From the NCBI GenBank assembly GCA_002269645.1, contig NIVC01000038.1, positions 310,001 to 374,000 of the forward strand: a stretch of 64,000 nt of DNA, written 5' to 3'. The notes beneath the pieces were generated by a model that worked only from the letters and a program-made list of their open reading frames with translations, did not search any database and was not told the DNA's origin. The stretch comes from Macrostomum lignano. Taxonomy: Eukaryota. Of this stretch, positions 58,856-64,000 are shown piece after piece (the first letter of the stretch is position 1; the number at the start of each line of letters is the position of its first letter). The translations under genes were made by a program, and so were the position numbers.

Positions 58856-61800
58856 GTCATGTGAAGCGGCCGAGCCATGACAACGATCAGGCCCGTACGC
58901 CGTTAGTCTCTGCCCAAGTTCTGGGTTCCAACGTTCAGTTCATTGTCGACACCGGCGCCGAGAAATCGCTCCTTCCTCCCTGTTTCGTTCCGTTCAACCT
59001 CACTACTCCATGCAACGTTCAACTTCGTGGTGTCAGCGGCCACAATGTACGGTCCTACGAGCTATGGCCAATGCGCCACTTCAATTATGGTAAAAGGCCT
59101 CCGCCGCACCTTTCATGCCAACTTTATAATCGCAGAGACAGCACCAAATTTCGGATCCGATTTCCTAGCATCCTATGGCATATCCGTCGACATGGGAGCC
59201 AAGTGCCTTCGAGACCCGCTTACCTCGTTGACTGCACCGCTTCGATTTGACACCAAAAGCAATTTCCAACCACCGTCAATCCAGGTGGTTTCTAATGACA
59301 AAGGCAACGATTACTTCAGCCACTTTCCTGGCCTCACATATGCTCCAGATTACTCGGTTCTGCCCACCACTCCGTTGAAACATCACATCATCACATCCGG
59401 GGACCCGGTTTTCTGCAAGCCTCGCCCGCTCTCACCGGCAAAGTATACCGCAGCCAAGGCGGAATTCGACAAGCTTCTTCAGATGGGCATCGTTCATCCG
59501 TCATGCAGTCCTTGGGCTTCACCTCTCCACATGGTGAAGAAGCCGGATGGATCTTGGAGACCATGCGGAGACTACCGCGCCCTGAACAGCGCCACGGTAC
59601 CCGACAGGTATCCACTGCCTCACATTCGGAATTTTCACCACCAACTCCATGGCAGCCAAATTTTCAGAAAACTAGACTTGGTCAAGGCATTCCACTTCAT
59701 ACCAGTCGCTGAAGAGGACGTCGCCAAGACAGCAATCTGCACACCGTTTGGCTCCTTCGAGTACATCAGGATGCCTTTCGGGTTGCGAAACTCCGGCAGC
59801 ACATTCCAGCGTTTCATCGACTCGCTATTTCGTGACATGACTAGTGTCATCACGTACCAGGTACATTGACGACATCCTCATCCACAGCAAATCGGAGAGC
59901 GATCATCACAGAGACGTCCAGATTGTGATGCAACGACTTCACAACGAGGGACTTCGAGTGCAGCCAACTAAGTGCCAGTTTTTCCAGATCAGCATCGAGT
60001 TCCTCGGTCATCTGGTCTCGGCGTCCGGGATCCAGCCACTTCCATCTCGTGTGGAGACGCTGCGTCAAATCTCACCTCCGAACGATTTCAAGAGTCTACA
60101 GCGCGTACTCGGCATGTTTGGCTTCTACCAACGCCACATCCCCAACTACGCAAGCATCGTATTGCCTCTGCGATCGCTAAACGACGCCGATTACAAATGG
60201 CAGCCGGAGCACGATTCCGCGCTCTTAGAGCTTCAAGACGGCCTAGCCGCAGCGGTGACTCTAGCATTCCCGACCACTACAGGAAACTTCACGATCACGT
60301 CGGATGCAAGCTCCTTCGCCATCGGCGCCAGCCTCCACCAAGGAAAAAAACGGCGACTCAGTCCCCATCGCTTTCTATTCTAGGAAGCTCACTCAAACAG
60401 AGACATCGTACAGCGCATTCGATCGCGAGCTTCTCGCCGTGTTTGCCGCAGTCAAAACCTGGCGCTACCTAATCCATGGACATCCAACGACTGTATTCTG
60501 CGATCACAAGCCATTGATTGGCGCTTTCCACAGCAACAAAGAGCGTCTCTTCGATCGGCAGCAACGCCAGTTGGCTACTATCTCAGAATACGTCACTGAC
60601 GTCATCCACATCCCTGGCGCCAAGAACGTCGTCGCCGACACTCTCTCTCTCTCGAGACATTACTCGACCAGACGAATGCACAATCAACGTTGTCCAAGCC
60701 AAAAAGCTAGATCTACCCGCCGACCTGCCGGCGATCGCCAAGGCATAATGTGAAGCAAAACTTGCTGACGATGACCGCTACCGTCCGTTCGACATCGGTT
60801 TGCTGGACTGCCCACTGTACTGCGAAACCTCGCAGCCAAATCCGCGACCGGTCGTTCCGGAATGTCTACGTCGACAGATCGTCCAATCATTGCACAGCAT
60901 ATCTCATCCAGGTATCAAAGCTACTCTACGTTTAGTTGCCTATCGTTTTTTCTGGCCCTGCATGAAGTCAAATGTACAACGGTGGACGTCTGATTGCACA
61001 CAATGCCAAGCAGCCAAGGTTGGTCGTCACGTACACCGCCCGTTACACCATTTGCCTTCACCGACACAACGTTTCACAACTGTTCACATTGATCTGGTCG
61101 GACCACTCCCGCTGCCCGACACCGTCGAAGCAACCTCTCAACCACGATACCTTCTGACCATGGTGGACTCGTACTCCCGTTGGGTCGAGGCGATTCCGTT
61201 AAACTCCATCACAAGTATGGCTGTAGCACAAGCCTTCGTCAGCCACTGGATCTGCCGTTTCTCACATTGATCACCGACCAAGGAGCACAGTTTCGATCGG
61301 AGCTGATGGCAAATCTGGTGAACCTTCTTGGGGTCCATCACATACGCACATCTGCCTACAATCCCAAGGCCAATGGAATGATCGAGAGAGTCCATCGCAC
61401 GCTGAAAGCCGGTCTGAGAGCTCGTGGCCATTGCTGGTTGACTCAGCTTCCTATCGTCCTGTACGGCCTGCGGATCAATCCGGACGACAAAGGAAACTCA
61501 CCATTCTCGATCGTGACAGGAGAGCAGCCACTGGTCCCACCTGTCACCAACGAAGATACCGACCACCACCAGCTGTCAACTCGATTACACGATCTTTTCT
61601 TTCCATACCGCCTTCCGCGAACGCGATAGCAGCCGGTCCACTTGCCATCCGAACTGGCGTCCTGCAACTTTGCCTGGCTGCGCGTCGACAGGGTACGACA
61701 CCCACTTGAAGCGCCGTACCAAGGACCATACAAGGTGCTGCGCCGTTCCGACAACACGATGACACTGGAAATCAAAGGCAAACAGCAATCTGTATCAATT

Positions 61801-62097
61801 GAGCGAATAAAACCAGCCAGACTGCCAGACAGTCAACGACAGACCCGTTCAATGACAGCCGCCCAACCGCAGGATTCGCGTCCAGGTGTTCCCATTCCGA
61901 GGGAACCGACCAGCTCGCCCACGCCTACTCGACACGTTCACTTTTCGGACTCACCTGAAGTTAATGTTTTTAACTAAATTATACTATATTCCACTTCACT
62001 AACTAACACTAGCACTAATTTTACTAATACGAGCGTAATATTTTGACGTTTCGCTTGCCTAGATACCTGCACTCTTTCTCCGTGAGGGGGGAGTATT

Positions 62098-62275
62098 TGT
62101 AGCAGTCATTTTTACTAATTTGTACTATACTTTATCAATAACGCATTTCTGCCCATAGAAATACAACCAATGCTGTACCGATGCAACCTAATCTTAAAGC
62201 CCCCTGCGCATCAAGTGACAAAATACACTCGCGCGTTTCCACTGTTAATAAATTCTACTTGTAGCAGCAGCTACA
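62098..62275 (+). repeat. 3' LTR of inner Gypsy
   Basis: TGTAGC..GCTACA; preceded by PPT GAGGGGGGAG (62084-62093). Confidence 0.9.
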
Positions 62276-64000
62276 AGTATTTGTCGTGGAATTACAAAAC
62301 GGGCAAACGTCACTCTGAAACGTTGAATAGTGTTAAAAGCGTTCGCAACCTTCAATGGAAAGATTTCCACCCATTTCGATGTAGCATCAACAATCACCAG
62401 TCAGTTGTATCCATAGCACGGTCCAAAGAAATCTGCTTGCAGTCGTGTCCATGGCTTCTCAGGCCAACTGAGAGGGTTTACAGTCGATTCCAGCGGCTTG
62501 CTTTGCTGCAGTTCACATCCTTTGCATCACTTCACAGATCTTTCTATTTGCTTGTCAATTCCAGGAAACCAGACATGCAGGCGAGCAAATGATTTCATTG
62601 AAACAATTCCGGGATGACCCTCGTGCAGCAGGTCTAGAACATGATTTTAAAGCCTGGCTGGAACAATGACTCGAATACCCCAGAAAATGACTCCTTGTTC
62701 CAGACAGAGCTCGTTTCTCTTCTGGCGGTAGGTCTTCAGCTCATCGTTGCATCTATCTGGCCAGCCATCTTAACAAAACCTAATAACTTTGCTTAGTATT
62801 GGATCTCGTGACGTCGCCCGACGAATCCCATCAGCTCTTATAGGCAATTCCGGAAGTCGATGTTCCATGACTTCGTCGATACGAGATGGTGAGCTTGGAA
62901 GTGGCAACCGAGACAACGCATCGGATTGCCGTGTTCTTCCGTCTTCCTGAATCGGATTTCGTACTGGTGAGCTGAAAGCAAGACTGCCCAACGCTGCAAT
63001 CTACTAGCGAAAATGCTAGGAATGTCTTTCTTTTCTCCGAAGATGGTGATCAGAAGCTTGTGGTCCGTTACCAATGTAAACTTATTGCCAAATAAATACT
63101 GATGAAGCTTCTTGATCCCAAAAATGAAAGAAAGGGCCTCTTTTTCCAACTGAGAATAATTCCGTTCAGCCGATGAAAGAATTCTGGACGCAAAACAGAT
63201 TAACATTTCAATCACGTTGGACATGGTGTGGGGCAAGACGCATCCCAGTCCGTACTTCGATGCATCGGTGTGCAGAAACATCGGTTTCTTCGAGTCAAAG
63301 TGCACAAGCAGTCTTTCTTATGTTAGTAGTGATTTCACAGAATCTAAAGCTGATTGGCATTGGCTGTTCCAGCTGAATGTCACATCATTTCTTAGCAGTC
63401 GATTCAGTGGGGCCAAACAGACGACAAGTTCGGTATGAACTTCCCGTAGTAGTTGATGAGTCCCACTAGGGATCTGACTTCGGACACACTACCAGGATTT
63501 GGTGCATTTTGCACAGCACTGACCTTGTCTGGTGATGGGTGCAAACCATTGCAGTCGATTACATGGCCCATAAATTCCACCTTTTCTAATCGAAACTTGC
63601 ACTTTTCTTTGTTGAGCCTCACACTTCTGGACTGCAGTACATTCAGTACTTGGTGCAGCTTCTGGTCATGCTCCTCAAGTGATTTTACTGATATTAAAAT
63701 ATCGTCGATGTACGCCACTACTTCTAGTCCATTAAGGATCTTCTCAATTGCTTCCTGGAACTGGGCAGGAGCAGAGGCCAACCCCATAGTCAGTCGGTTG
63801 AATTGGTACAATTCCATACGTGTATTTATCGTCGTATACTTCCTGCTGCTCTCTTCCAACTCCAGTTGCAAAAAGGCCTGGGAAATGTCAAGTTAAGAGA
63901 AGTACTTCCCGCCATTAAGAGTAGCGAACATTTCTTCTTGCCGCGGTAGCGGATACTGATCCACTTCTAACTGTGGGTTTATTGTCCTTTTAAAATCTGC

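Larger units (their letters stand above)
57795..62275 (+). mobile_element. Full-length inner Gypsy LTR retrotransposon nested in the outer integrase
   Basis: LTRs 57795-57992 and 62098-62275 (TG..CA); 4-bp TSD AGTA; PBS and PPT; gag, protease VDTGA, RT, RNase H, integrase HHCC/DLVGP/TDQG; pol is frameshifted. Confidence 0.95.
56508..64000 (-). mobile_element. Outer Gypsy LTR retrotransposon (RT, RNase H, integrase, probable 3' LTR 56508-56709), running off the window
   Basis: RT YIDD (63404-63871); RNase H TDASKYGLG, NYSQLEKEAL (62838-63305); integrase TDNGSQF..NGLSER..YRSTPHSTTGKSPAE (57118-57794); PPT-like AAAGGGGAA at 56710-56718. Confidence 0.85.

Noticed and set aside
1-64000. A linked STING, TIR or other effector gene, as in bacterial CBASS operons
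   Set aside because: No such ORF recognised in the window; rRNA and tRNA genes were not seen either.

Overview
Animal (spliceosomal GT-AG) genomic DNA, rich in minisatellites and decayed retroelements. The style suggests a flatworm such as Macrostomum lignano, but this is inference and was not verified. Host genes: a 2-exon secreted WSC+PAN/apple protein (+), an intact 2-exon CYP2-clan cytochrome P450 (-), and a same-strand (-) cluster of cGAS-like receptor (cGLR/Mab-21 nucleotidyltransferase) paralogs. The main result is that the 1114-aa ankyrin-repeat ORF (21091-24435) is probably not a separate gene. Its TGA lies inside a GTGAGT donor, and phase-consistent splicing through a 54-nt exon joins it to the NTase and Mab-21 exons. 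This predicts an 1818-aa protein: MGxxxS N-terminus, about 27 recently expanded 33-aa ankyrin repeats that vary at a few positions, a few canonical ankyrins, an NTase with intact acidic triad, Mab-21 and a helical tail. A second cGLR (52990-55829) has the same three downstream exons, but nested Gypsy elements occupy the place of its first exon. A third copy survives only as a C-terminal and 3'-flank relic near 12.4-13.1 kb. The 25-52 kb interval holds mariner, LINE, Gypsy, BEL/Pao and hAT remnants plus fragments of a decayed polycystin-like gene. All assignments come from reading motifs by eye; no database search was run.
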